A DNA stretch of 64,000 nucleotides from Octopus vulgaris (GCA_951406725.2 OX597814.1:224006001-224070000); one strand, 5' to 3'; numbered from the stretch's first letter, positions 50,205 through 63,536 are shown. The notes: generated from the sequence alone by a model not told the origin. Program-made: numbers and translations.

Positions 50205-50378
50205 CATCCAAATTAGTCTTGTGGAACCCTCTTCCTGGGGATGTAAGAAGAGGAAGACATCACGCATCAACATTTTGTTTGCAAACACAGACCTAGATTG
50301 TATCCAGGACTTTTGAGGCAGTGATGATGGACTTTGTTGCTGCAGCCTGGGTTGGAACCCAGTCATAATGATAATAAA
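50205..50378 (+). mobile_element. RTE-like LINE family G 3' end
   Basis: LWNPLPGDVRRGR-like peptide and shared tail. Confidence 0.6.
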
Positions 50379-51002
50379 GAGATAATAAGCAAACCTGGAG
50401 ATACACATAATTTACATTATTAAATATAGAAAGGGAATCATTATTATACATTGTAAAAGAGAAGTCAGAACAAATCCAAGATTACTGGGTATTAATCACA
50501 AGATACCTGTTCCTGTTCCTCTATTGTACTTTTAACCTCTCATCACCTGACTATAACTCTCTCCCTCAATATTGCTCCTTACTCTTAATTGAGGTGTCTT
50601 GTCTTGCAATTTACTAGGTGACCTCAATGCTGCTGGTACTATGCACACGTTTCCCAAACCACATGGTAGAATGGCTGAAATTAGGAAGAGAGTTGTAGAA
50701 ACTATGCCAAAGCAGATACTCGAAATTGGTGCAGTCCTCTGGCTTGCTGGCTTCAGCCAAACCATCCAACCTACGACAGCATGGGAAACGGATGTTAAAT
50801 GATGAGGATAAAGATATATATAAATATATGCAAATCATCATCATCATCATCATCATCATTTAGCATCCATCTTCCTTTCTGGTATAGGTTGGATGGTTAA
50901 ACTGGAACTGGTAAGCCAGAGAGTTGCACCATGATCCAGTCTGTTTTGGCTTGGTTTCTATGGTTGGATGCCCTTCCTAATGCCAGCCACTTCACAGAGT
51001 GT

Positions 51003-51531
51003 GTGACCACCCATCGGTCATGAATGACCATGGGATTGCACCTAGAAAGTTACCCTCCGAAGCACAAGTCTGGGCAAGGTTTTTTTATGGAAGACCAGCA
51101 GTCGCCCATGCATACTGGCCTCCCCTTCTCCACATCACCGATGTTATCCAAGGGAAAGGCAAAGGCAGATATAGCTTGGCACCTGTGACATCGCAGCTCA
51201 TTTATTAACATGCAAGTGGCCGAGCATTTCACAGACACGTGTACCCTTAATGTAGTTCTCGGGGGCGGGGGGGGGGGGGAGATTCAGCATGACACAGATT
51301 GTGACAAGGTTGGCCCTTTGAAATACAGGTACAAGAGAAACAGGAAGAAAGAGTGAGAGAAAGTTGTGGTGAAAGAGTACAGCAGGGTTCACCACCACCC
51401 CCTGCCGGAGCCTCGTAGAGTTTTAGGTGTTTTTGCTCAATAAACACTCATAATGCCCCGGTCTGGGAATTGAAACCGCGATCCTATGACCGCGAGTCTG
51501 CTGTCCTAACCACTGGGCCATTGTGCCTCCA
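51003..51531 (-). mobile_element. Chimeric tRNA SINE (head/body E + module F + tail D) with 15-bp TSD, inserted in an old family C copy
   Basis: CACTTCACAGAGTGT at 50988-51002 and 51532-51546; A box TGGCCCAGTGG, B box GGTTTCAATTCC. Confidence 0.88.
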
Positions 51532-52818
51532 CACTTCACAGAGTGTATCGACTGTCTTTTATGTGTCACCAGCATGCCACTCGCATGGGTGCCTCTTACA
51601 TGTAATCAATGCAATAATATGAATTTGTAGTCACCCCATACAGAAAATATATGAGTCTGACAATCAGACAGCCAAAGGATTGAAATTTGAATACAGTTAG
51701 TTATACAGCTTCAGTGCAGAGCCATGCATGTACACACACATACATGTACATATATGGACATATGTATATAGATGTGTGCATATATATTTAAGTCTAGTTT
51801 AGGTAAATCTGCCTCGTGATTGGGTCAGATATTTAGTCATCTGCAGCTTCAAATGCAAGTTACAAAAATCACCTCACAATTACTGGTACCATGTAAAAAA
51901 AAGTACCCAGTACACATTGTAAAGTGGTTGGTATTGCAAGAGTATCCAGCTCTAGAAACCATGCCAAAACTGAGACAGTGGAGCAAAACAAGACATGGTC
52001 CCCCACATGCGTACATGCATGTGGTGAATTCATGTATTTATTTTATTTTCTTATCTGTTTCAGGCACCGGTGCAGCTGCACTGCCTTGGAGGGTCGAGTT
52101 CAACAAAGCAACACCAGTGCTTATCTATTTACTAAGTTTGGTATTTATTCTCAGTCTATTCTCCTAGGTTACAGGGCATTAAAAAGCAGGATGGGGGGGG
52201 GGAGAGACAAACATACACACAGGCACGCACACACAGGCATGCACACACACACACACAATCATCATCTTCATCATTATCATCATTTAACATCTATTTTCCA
52301 TGGGTTGGACAGTTTGACAGGAGCCAGCAAGCTGGAGGGCTGCACTAGGCTCCACTCATCTGTTTGGCATGGTCTCTATGGCTGGATACCCTTTACAGTG
52401 TATGCTGGGTGCATTTTACCTGGTGCCAGTTTCCACCAGTTTCCATCAACCACAAGGCATTGGTCAGCTTGGGGCTAAAGAATACATGTCCAAGGTGCCA
52501 TACAGTGTACGTGAACCCAAAACCATGTGGTTTGCAAAGCAAGCTTCTTAACTACACAGTTACGTTTGTTCCTATTCAAATATATCCAGAAAACGTAATA
52601 TGTTGCATATTCAACAATTATTGTCAAGAAAAATTATGAAATTACATAACATTCTGGAGAGTATATGAATTAATCATAATTATATGAAAAAGAAAATTCA
52701 AGCTTCGCTCTGATGTAATTTAGGATTGATGATCCCCAAGGAAGAAGATAATCAAATAATAAAAATAAGTTAATATGATAATAATGATGAAGAGGTAAGA
52801 AAGACGACATTATGTATG

Positions 52819-52863
<45 letters not shown>

Positions 52864-53477
52864 AGACTAAAAAAATAAGGGAAAAGACTGGAGGTGGTAT
52901 GAGTAAGATTCTATTAAAAGAAAAAACAAATCAACAGCAGTTTATATGAACTCCCTTTGAGTTCTATTTTAGGCGTAGGATGAATTAAGACAATTTTCCT
53001 ATGAATAAATATTCAAATATAATTATCATAATTATCATCATCATCATCATCATAATTATCATTACACATCTGCTCTTCCATTTTGGCATGGTCTGGCCAA
53101 GCTGCACATCTCTTCATCGCCTGCTGTGGTCTTTCAGTCATCTGGCACACACACATACAATAACAGAGAAAAATCAGCCATTTAGGATTATTCTTAGCAT
53201 GATTCTAAAGAATGGTTGTCCCTACCATCACCAACCACTTTACAGCATGGACTGAAGGCATTTTATCACCCCAGACAGACAAAATGCAAGAGAATGCTCT
53301 ACTGTAGGCTGTCTCCATTTGCTCGTCTTAGCACAGTCTTTACAGTTGGATGTCTTTCCTAATACAACTTGCCAAAAATTAAGAGAAAAGGAAACAGACT
53401 TTCCAAACACAAGGAGATGATACATGTTTAAAAACTGGAGGATGAAATTACATATCATCATCATCGTCATCGTTTAA

Positions 53478-53696
53478 CCCTTTAGTATTTAAACCGGCCA
53501 TATCTGGCCAAAATATTTAATCTGTTTTATGTTCAAACTGACCAGATCCAGGCCCTCACACCTACCCTACAATGTTATTCTACATTAAGTAATTACACCA
53601 TCAAGATCTTGAAGATATGAGATAATGCATGATTAATTCAAATCAATGGGAATCAATAAGCATTATGTTTGATAGAATAATCTGAACACTAAAGGG
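53478..53696. mobile_element. piggyBac-type MITE, intact 219 bp
   Basis: TTAA|CCCTTTAGTATT...AACACTAAAGGG|TTAA; sits in the TTAA of a family C tail. Confidence 0.92.
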
Positions 53697-54249
53697 TTAA
53701 TGTCCACTTTCCATGCTGGCACAGTTTGGACGCTTAGACAAGCTGGCAGGCTGCTCCAGGCTCCAATCTGATTTATATCTATATGTATTTATATGTATTT
53801 CTTTCGACCATTTCATTATGTTGAACCATTAATCCCTAAACATTTTTTTCTATTCTATCTCTGGTTTTTTGTTTTGTTTGTTTGTTTTTGCCTCTTAATC
53901 CTTTCCATCAAAGAGAGTAGGTTCAAAATGTCAAAGACTTTTCCATTCTTCCCGAGTGTTAACTTAATGAAAGTGCAAACACTACTGATGGGCAGAAATA
54001 TCTCCCCTGAGCATATTTAAAAATTCACTGCAGCCTGCATCCATTTTCTACATTGAGGCATAAATGACACTTGCTAGATTTGAAGCTTAAGAGTATAAAC
54101 TGAATTTCAAGAGCTGATAAATAACCCTAGTCAGCTTTGCATTAATGCCCATATGTATTAAGACCAATCAATAGACTTCAGTGAAAATTTTACTTACACT
54201 TCAGATATACTGAACCTGCACTAAGTTCAAACTATATACCCTATCATGC

Positions 54250-54467
54250 CAGAACCGTTAGCGCGCCGGGCGAAATGCTTAGCAGTATTTCGTCTGTCGT
54301 TACGTGTTGAGTTCAAATTCTGCTGAGGACGACTTTGCCTTTCATCCTTTCGGGGTTGATAAATAAAGTACCAGTTTCGCACTGGGGTCGATGTAATCGA
54401 CTTAATCCGTTTGTCTGTCCTTGTTTGTCCCCTCTGTGTTTAGCCCCTTGTGGGTAGTAAAGAAATA
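54250..54467 (+). mobile_element. SINE family B with 17-bp imperfect TSD
   Basis: tatataccctatcatgc at 54233-54249 and tatataccccgtcatgc at 54468-54484. Confidence 0.9.
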
Positions 54468-55411
54468 TATATACCCCGTCATGCTATATATTTGATTGTG
54501 TGAATCACAGAATATACAAACAGTGATTGTCAACATCTAACCTTGTTATTAAGACTTTTCTAAAGACTCATCTGTAATTAATGATTGTATTAATTATGGT
54601 AAAAAGCAAACAAGACTATATACTAAATCATATGTTTATGAATTTGAGAATTCATTCTATTCACATCATCATCAAACAATATAAAAAGTTGTATAGCAAA
54701 ATATACCTGAAAACTGAAGCCCCTCTTAAGATTTACACGGAAATTGTTCCCCATTTAAGAGGCATTAATAGAATCCTGAGAATGGTGAAGTCTGTATTTC
54801 AATGAGTGAGTATTTATAAGAATGAAACACGTTAGGCATCACCTCCCATGCTGGTCAGATTCATTACAATATCATCATCATCACCATCATCATTTTAACA
54901 GCCACTTTCCTAAGCTTGCATGCATGAGAGGGAGTTCTTTGAGGCTGATTTTCAAAAGCCAGATACCCTTTCCTTTTGTCAACCCTTACCTGTTCCCAGC
55001 TAAGGTAGATTTTCCTTATAACCAGAAAGGTTTTTCACAGAATATTCAAAATTAATGACTTGCATGGACAACAACCATGCAACATCATAACAACACTAAC
55101 ATACACACTCACACTCACGAGGGACTTCTATCAGTTTCCATCTATGAAATCCATTCACAAGGCTTTGGTTCATTCAGGGTTACCATAGCAGACACTTGTC
55201 CAAGGTACCATGCAGTGGAACTGAACCCAAAACCATGTGGTTGGGAAGCAAACTTTCTACCACACCATCACACCCATGCCCTCAGCATAATTATTTTTAA
55301 TTAGCATTTTTTTCGTTAATTTCCCACTATATTAAACATGTTAATATTAAGTTAATTACCTCTTAAATTCCTGTAATGCTTTCTCTATATAGATCCCCCA
55401 ATTCTGTTAAA

Positions 55412-55634
55412 ACTCTTTTATTACTCTTTTATTTGTTTCAGTCATTTGACTGTGGCCATACTGGAGCACTGCCTTTAGTCGAGAAAATCAACCCCAGGAC
55501 TTATTCTTTGTAAGCCTAGTACTTATTCTATCGGTCCCTTTTGCCGAACCGCTAAGTTACAGGGCATAAACACACCACCATCGGTTGTGAAGCGATGTTG
55601 GGGGAACAAACACAGACACACAAACATATACACG

Positions 55635-55666
<32 letters not shown>

Positions 55667-55853
55667 AATATATATACACACACACATATACGACGGGATT
55701 CTTTCAGTTTCCGTCTACCAAATCCACTCACAAGGCTTTGGTTGGCCCGAGGCTATAGTAGAAGACACTTGCCCAAGGTGTCATGCAGTGGGACTGAACC
55801 TGGAACCATGTGGTAGGTAAGCAAGCTACTTACCACATAACCACTCCTGCACC
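55412..55853 (-). mobile_element. SINE family A, full length
   Basis: Matches 33254-33683. Confidence 0.9.
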
Positions 55854-56207
55854 TAAGATTTTGATAAAAATGCAGTTAATTCAGTATAGAAAAATCATAA
55901 AAATATAAACTACTGTATGAATTGGATGAAATTTGGTGATCTTTCCAATTTTTTTTTCAACATTTACAACTGGTTTTTCTAAGATTTTAAAAACAAGTGA
56001 AATATACAAAAAAAATCCTTACTCAACAAGGATGAGTTGACAACAGGAAGAATGTCTGGCAGTAAAATTCTTTGTCAAATAAATAAATCCTCATCCAACC
56101 CATGCTAACATGGAAAAACATATTAAAACGAACAATCAAACCAAGAACAGAATATGTTTAAAGCAAAATTTTGAGAAGACAAATTCTATTTTATGTTTGA
56201 AACTCTA

Positions 56208-57103
56208 TTAGTGACGCTGACAAGGATTCCAGCTGATCCAATCAACAGAACAGCCTGCTCGTGAAATTAACATACATGGGGCCAAACACTCCACAAATGT
56301 GCATGACCTTAACCCTTTAGCATTCAGATTACTCTGTCAAATGTAATCCATATTTATTCACATTCATCATCATTTAACGTCCGTTTTCCATGCTAGCATG
56401 GGCTGGATGGTTCAACTGGGGTCTGGGAAGCCAGGAGGCTGCACCAGGCTCCAGTCTGATCTGGCAGTGTTTCTACGGCTGGATGCCCTTCCTAACACCA
56501 ACCACTCTGAGAGTGTAGTGGGTGCTTTTCATGTGCCACCTGCACAGGTGCCAGATGAGGCTAGCAAACGGCCATGATCGGATGGTACTTTTTACATGCC
56601 ACCGGCACAGAGGCCAGTCAGGGCAGCAATGGCAACGGCCACGTTCGGATGGTTCTCTTACGTGCCACTGGCACTGGTATCACAGCTACAATTTCCATTG
56701 ATGTTGGATGTTGAAAGATTTCGATTTGAATTAATCATGTATGATCTCAAAGCTTCACAATTTTGATAATGTAAATGTTTTAGTTTCAGGATGGCATTGT
56801 AGGGTAAATGCGAGAGGCTGCATCTTGTCAGTCTGAACAAAAAAACGGTAGAATATTTGGGCCAGATAAGGCCGGTTTGAATGCTAAAGAGTTAATGATG
56901 TTCTCATGGAGATTTAGCGTTGACATAATGTGACATTGCTGGCCCTTTGAAATACAGGTGCTACTCAATTTTGCCAGCTGAGTGGACTGGAGCAACATGA
57001 AATAAAATGTCTTGCTCAAGGACAAAACGTGTCACTGAGAATTGAACTCACGACCTTACAGTCTTGAACTGAATATCCTAACTACTTTACCACATGCCTT
57101 CAC
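56208..57103 (-). mobile_element. tRNA/CORE-like SINE with body F, split by a MITE
   Basis: Head at 57103-57030 (GAGTTCAATTC), CORE-like gtccttgagcaagaca, body continues across the TTAA at 56895/56309. Confidence 0.8.
56313..56891. mobile_element. piggyBac-type MITE containing a family C insertion (about 56365-56723)
   Basis: TTAA at 56309-56312 and 56892-56895; TIR CCCTTTAGCATTCA / TGAATGCTAAAGAG. Confidence 0.88.
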
Positions 57104-57884
57104 GTCACTCCATATATCAAATGTAAATAGGTTAATATTCTTTTGTAGCTCAGCCAGAAGATGATTAAGATTCAACAAGATTAAAAATGCCTTTATTTTT
57201 GTGTGTGCTAATTCCAAAACCTAAGTTATGTATCTGCACAAATCACCTTGCTCATTTTTTTTTTTTTACCTTTTTTCCTTTTATCCATATGTAAAAGAGG
57301 CATAAGTACAACCCAGCTCCTCACAGACACAGAAAACTTACATTAACAAATCAAAAAAATCCTTATCTTTCACTCTTCAACAATAAGAGATTGTCTCATA
57401 CATGCAAGCAAACACAACGCACAGATTAGTTAGCGCCTGATTAATAATAATAATATTTGTGTCACCTTAAGAAGTTCAGAATTAGAAGATTATAAAGTCA
57501 CAGGAGACAATAAGCTATTTCATAGCATTCACCTAAACAGCCTGTACTCATTGTTAGACAGGTCAAGCACATACTATATTTACTATGAAGACAGAACTAC
57601 TTCTTGACTGAAAAGAAACACTTGCTTGCCATTCATTAAGATCAGGTTGTAGCATATGTTTCATTGAAGATAAAAACTAAATAGCAACAGTGTTTGAAAC
57701 CTGATACTGTCTATGAAGCAATAATATAAATCTTTTATCTTTGTTTTAGACACATTCATATCATTATAATATTTTAAGTTTAAGGGTGTTTGGCCTCATG
57801 ACCACAAAGTTAATGGTTTGTATCCCTAATCACCAGTACTAGAAGTGTTTATGGGTATGACTTAAATCATGCCAGATCAGTTAA

Positions 57885-58182
57885 CCCTTTCGAGACACAT
57901 GATGATTTGGTATGTGTGGCCAAAAAGACCAAAATGGTTTCCATGGTGAGATTGAAACTGATGGGTGCACGTAGAAAGCAAAGGATAAAAGGCCTAAAAC
58001 TACTTTATTAGTATGTAAAACTATATATATTATACAGTTTTATATTATATCTACTGAAAGACAATCTCTGATTGGTTATTACACTTCAAAATGTTTGTTT
58101 CATTGGGCCAATGGATCGTCCTTAAAATCCTTTCGGCTAGTATCACTTGGACCAATTAATCGGCCCATGTGTCCCAAGAAGG
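57885..58182. mobile_element. A different piggyBac-type MITE
   Basis: TTAA|CCCTTTCGAGACACATG...CATGTGTCCCAAGAAGG|TTAA. Confidence 0.75.
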
Positions 58183-59634
58183 TTAAATGAATAAATACAT
58201 ATCAGATGAAGATGTAGATTACTTCTGCAATGTGTACACATTATAAGAGAATGGCCCCACTGACTTACAGTGAAAAGCCTTAAGTTTTAAAATCACTTCT
58301 CTGAAAGTCATTCATTACTGGATGCATCTAATAAATAACCAATTACTTACCTATTTGTTATCACATTTACTTTGGTAAATATATTCAATTAAAATTATTT
58401 GTGAAAATTGCCTCCCTACTTTCTGCCACCTATACTTCCCCCACTCTTTACCTGTATAAACTGTCATTCCTGTACCAAATTGATCACCTATCAAACATAA
58501 CAAAATCAACTAGAAATATGTCAGAATGACTTCACAATTTTTCTTATTTTATTTTTCTTTGTTTTAGAATAAATATACCCATATCTTTGCGTAATGACTG
58601 AAAATGCTGGCAACAAAAAGGGTACCCAGCTTTAAAACACAGCATCAGAAAATCTGTCTAACCTATGTCAACATGGAAAAGCAGCAGCAGCAGCAGGTGG
58701 TGATGATGATGATGAGGAGGAGGAGGGGAAGCTCCAGCAATTCTCTGATCCAACTTTGAAGAACAGAAATCTTTATGCAACCTGAAAATGTTGGAAATAT
58801 CTAACAACTATCAAAACAATTTGTTTGCAACAGATTAGTTTCATACAAAGGATGCCACAGTAACCATTTACTGCACATAACTGCATAGGAACCACTGAGG
58901 GAGCCTCTAATGTTTGCTTGACCTGTGAACATAGTAACCAAATCACCTTCAAAAACAACATCTTTTAGAGTCTAAAACAAAAAAACACTGGATACAGTAG
59001 AGTGGAATGAGTTCGGTCACACATCTTGATCAGGGTTAAATAACAACAATAATACTGTATAGTTATTATACTTCCCCCATCTTCACATCATGTTTTCTGT
59101 TTAGTTTTCCTTTTCTATCAACAAAACATGGTAACTTTAGGGAATTTGCTGGTTGGGTTATTTCTTACTTTAGCTTTTTTTATTTCAATTCAATTCAGAT
59201 AAATCTATTCATTCAACCTAGAGGCCCCTACATTTTTTTTTCTTTCCATTCAAGACCCCCTGCTTGATTCCATGATTCTCATGCTGTACTTCCAATGCAG
59301 TGAGAATGAGGTCATTTGCATACAGAATCTTCCTGGGAAAGTATTTCTAAAATGGAAATATTTCAACATTGCCACAAAGACTTACTTGTTTAGATGAGAG
59401 AATATATATATTTTTCTTAATTTCTACCATCCTCTCCCATGCTTGTATGTGTGTGTGTAAAGATACATAATCTCATGTACAACAGGAAGTGCCCCTTAAA
59501 CTTAAGACCTCCTTGTGAGAATTTAAAAGAACTAGCTTTTGATCTTTTTACTCATGTGTCAGCTTCCACTTGCTCTTCATTGCAGTGTAAGCAATAATGT
59601 TTAACAATTACTTTATCATACAACAAAATGGAAC

Positions 59635-59945
59635 AATGACTATACTAAGGGCTACTGCTAACCATTGACTAATGGCTATGATACTAAGGGCTACTGCTAA
59701 CCATTGACTAATGACTATGATACTAAGGGCTACTGCTAACCATTGACTAATGGCTATGATACTAAGGGCTACTGCTAACCATTGACTAATGGCTATGATA
59801 CTAAGGGCTACTGCTAACCATTGACTAATGGCTATGATACTAAGGGCTACTGCTAACCATTGACTAATGGCTATGATACTAAGGGCTACTGCTAACCACT
59901 GACTAATGACTATGATACTAAGGTCTACTACTAACCACTGACTCA
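59635..59945. repeat. 39-bp minisatellite, about 8 copies
   Basis: aatggctatgatactaagggctactgctaaccattgact repeated. Confidence 0.95.
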
Positions 59946-61122
59946 TCAGTCCGAACCTTAATAAATAATTTTTTTTATCTTATTTTCAAGGAGGAAGGCA
60001 GTGGTCATAAAACCTTTGTAGGGTTTTCCAGACTTGTAAGACGAAAGGAAGGGAAGGTGCTTTTAAATAAGTAGCCTTGTTCAAATTCTTGCCACATTCA
60101 ACAGAATGGGCTCTGCTACTGCTTATGGCACCCAAGGGGTGCAGGCAGAGGTGTTAAAACCAGGCAATGGATGAGGTTTACCAGCCAACTAAAGAAAACA
60201 AAAAGTGTAGGGATGGTACATTAAGTACCTCAGTCTAATCAGATTCCTTACACAAGCTCCACTTTCCCTATCAAAGTGTATTTAGAAAGAAGGAGAACTT
60301 AGACACTGTAACAGCCATAGATATGCAAAGAATCGTGAAGGTCACATCTGATTGTAGCTTTGTTCAATCAGGGATGACCTGGAGTAGAATAAGCCAAGGA
60401 GTAAGCTCCTATGAGGTCATTTGACCTACAAGAAACAATACCACATTGTGGTTACTCAGGTTGCAAGAACAGATAAAACAATAATTTAACAAGAGACAGA
60501 CACATGCTTCGTTTCAAGTCAGTGAAGAACTACTAAATAGTTATTTAATCTGCTAGAAATAGCAGACAAATCTCCTTCAAATTACACATCCTACTATCAT
60601 AAAAGGATAGATACATGCTTCATTATGTAGTTGCATAACATGTTAGAAATAGTAGACAAATCTCCCTCAAACTGCATATCCTTCTGCCTTAAAATGTACT
60701 AAAAGAAGAGTTGGTTTTTAGTTGGAATGCTTTTAATCATAGGTCAATCCAATTAAGACTAATGTAGGACTAAACCACTACTACAACAACAACAACAGCA
60801 GTACTCTTTGTGTTAATTGTTCTAATTAAAAAGCAAAATTTTTTCAATGAGATAACAAATAATGAATCATCTTAGACATGAGTAAATTAAGTGTTCTGCA
60901 ATTATATCTTGATCACTTCTTACTAATTACTCTCATGTGCAATAAGATAAATTTATTAACAATGGCTAAGGAGTGTGTGTGTGTGTGTGTGTGAATATAG
61001 TGTACATATCTGGGGGTGTGCTGCATGTCATTGTTATCATTACTTATTGCTCATTTTTCTAAGCTTGTATGGGTCAGACCAAATTTGTTGAGGTAAGATT
61101 TTCTACAGCTGTTTGACTTTCC

Positions 61123-61417
61123 TCATCATCATCGTTTAACATCCGCTTTCCATGCTAGCATGGGTTGGACGATTTGACTGAGGGCTGGTGAACCAGATGG
61201 CTGCACCAGGCTCCAATCTTGATTTGGCAGAGTTTCTACAGCTGGATGCCCTTCCTAACACCAACCACTCCGAGAGTGTAGTGGGTGCTTTTAGGTGCCA
61301 GTCAGGTGGTACTGGCAACGACCTCGCTCAAATCTTTTTACACATGCCACCGGCACAGGTGCCAGTAAGGCGATGCTGGTAAGGACCACGCTCAAATGGT
61401 GCCTTTTTACGTACCAC
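61123..61417 (-). mobile_element. Family C retro-stub
   Basis: Same sequence as the other copies. Confidence 0.85.
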
Positions 61418-61765
61418 AAATCTGGGTTTTGTCCCCGTTAACAAGGATGGCCGGATCTACCTCAATGCCATAGCAACCACCCTCGCACCATCACGCCCGG
61501 TGTGGGGTGTCCTCCTTTTTCAAACCAACCCTCCCAATCTCCTTTTACGCCTGTCCCCTCCACCTTTTCCTCAGTCTACCTTGCTTTCATGCTCCATTTT
61601 CCTCAAATGCAATCACCCTACCCCCTCAGAACATTCTTCATCCCTCCTCAACACATGCCCATACCACCTCTATTCACCCTTGCCAACCATTCCACTGATT
61701 TCTCCGACCCCAACATTCCCATCAAATCCTCAGTAATCCTCTTATCAAACCAGCTTCACCCCATG
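61418..61765 (-). mobile_element. RTE-X-type LINE 3' end, frameshifted
   Basis: DKRITEDLMGMLG...WYGHVLRRDE; tail gatccggccatccttgttaacggggacaaaacc. Confidence 0.7.
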
Positions 61766-61904
61766 AGGTATTTCCTCATGACTAGATATGTATTTCATGG
61801 AACACTAGAAACAAACAACATTGCTTAGTATGACCATTAATGCTTGTTTACAATCACCACGTCGCATCAAGACAAGACCACACACACACATATATATATA
61901 TTAA

Positions 61905-62160
61905 TCGAAGCATAGCTGCACTAACAAAAGGGACCACCTCCTACAAACAGAGCAGGATTACAGGAACACAAAGAAAATGTGAGCTGTACAAGTCCAGAGT
62001 AAACTCCTTGCTTTTAGTCGCAGCAGACCACCAGTGCCCAACCTGTGGTAGAACATTCCAAGCAAGTATCAGCCTGATTGACCACAGTTAGACACACTGT
62101 GACCCATCTTCACTTCCCAAGTGATATCCTAGTCATCATCGACAATGACAGATGAACATT
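61905..62160 (+). mobile_element. RTE/BovB-type LINE 3' end
   Basis: C-terminal finger CPTCGRTFQASISLIDHS*TH, then a gtcatcatcgac...gaac tail. Confidence 0.8.
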
Positions 62161-62437
62161 ACGTACAGTATCATCTATCCAATACAGCCAATCTTACCAA
62201 TAGGTATAGCACTAGGAGTACAATGTAATGTTAGATAACAGTCGGATTATGAAACCCTGTTATCTAACATTCCCTTGAACACCTAGTGCAAAACTGTGAA
62301 AGATACATAATATTGTACACTCTATTGAAAAATATACGAGTGCATATTTTTTCTGACTTGTGGATTCTTAGACAGCAATATATATATATATATATATAGG
62401 TGCCATGCTTGACTGCTAAATCCACAAGTTTTTTTTA

Positions 62438-62596
62438 TTCTCTCTCTGTTGAAGAGCATAGGCTCGAAACATAAAAAACTTTTTCACTTTCCCACAAGAC
62501 AAACTAATACAACTGCTTATTGTTCATACATCTGTCTTTGTCTTTTTGTACTCCACCTGCCTTCGTCTTTTGCTTATTTTCGTAAAGTTTCCCTTT
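62438..62596 (+). mobile_element. Penelope-like pLTR fragment with hammerhead-like motif
   Basis: TCTCT-CTGTTGA-A-GAGC(ATAG)GCTC-GAAA-CA-TA-AAAA; same family as 19919 and about 53900. Confidence 0.6.
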
Positions 62597-62605
62597 ATAT
62601 ATGAA

Positions 62606-62878
62606 AGGGTAAAGACCCCCTTCAGTCAAGAGTGACCATAGGATTGCACCTAGAAAGTTACCCTCCGAGGCACAAGTCTGGGCAAGTTTCCCCTCTCCAA
62701 ACCACTGATGCTATCCAAAGGGAAAGGCAAAGGCCAATACATCTTGGCACCAGTGACATCACAGCTCGTTTCTACAGCTGAGTGAACTGGAGGAATGTAA
62801 AATAGGGCGTCATGCTCAAGAATGCAACACACAGTCCGGTGTGAGCCCAACACTAACCACTAAACCATGTGCCTTCAC
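62606..62878 (-). mobile_element. tRNA/CORE-like SINE with body D (internal deletions)
   Basis: gtgaaggcacatggtttagtggttag head; cactcagctgtagaaa; tail gggtaactttctaggtgcaatcc. Confidence 0.75.
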
Positions 62879-63238
62879 AAATATATATGCATATACATAC
62901 ATGATGGGCTTCTTTCAGTTACCATCTATCAAATCCACTCACAAGGCTTTAGTAGGCCAGGGACCACAATAGAAGGTACCATACAATGGAACTGAACCTA
63001 AGACCACATGACTGGAAAGCAAGTTTCTTAACCACACAGCCACATTCTGTGTACATTTGTAAATGTATGCATGTGTGTGTGCAGGATGCAGTTTTGTGTA
63101 ATTGCATGTACACATGTAGGTTACACAGTTTTGGAGCATGTTTCATGTTGGTGTATTTACATTTTACTCAGCATTCTTCAGTGTCTACCTGAATGGTTCA
63201 TTCAATGAATTGGTAAGCTGTTTCAAGGAAGACTTAAA

Positions 63239-63536
63239 TCTTTATATATAAAAGTGAAGTTGTCTGTCTGTCTCCTACGATTTAGATTCCTAACTACTCC
63301 CACATTTTGCGGTGCAGTTTAACTAAAACCGGGTATCTTATAGTCGTGATTCATATCGAGCCCTTCTGGGTATTAGCGCGCATCTACGATGAGTCAACGA
63401 TTTAAAAAAAAATTTACCATCATTTTTTTTTCCATTTTTAATGCATTTGTTTGCTATTTTTTGGCTATAACTCTCTAAAAATGCTTATATAGTTATTTCC
63501 CTTACAAAACCGAGTAACGCCGGGCGATACTGCTAG
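63239..63536 (+). mobile_element. Non-autonomous Helitron, shorter variant of the 41327 family
   Basis: A|TC start, subterminal hairpin, CTAG|T end. Confidence 0.9.

Noticed and set aside
51924-52478. 184-aa ORF and other ORFs sharing RLPNPLTRL / IHSQGFG / LDALPNANH peptides
   Set aside because: Translations of SINE A and family C repeats.
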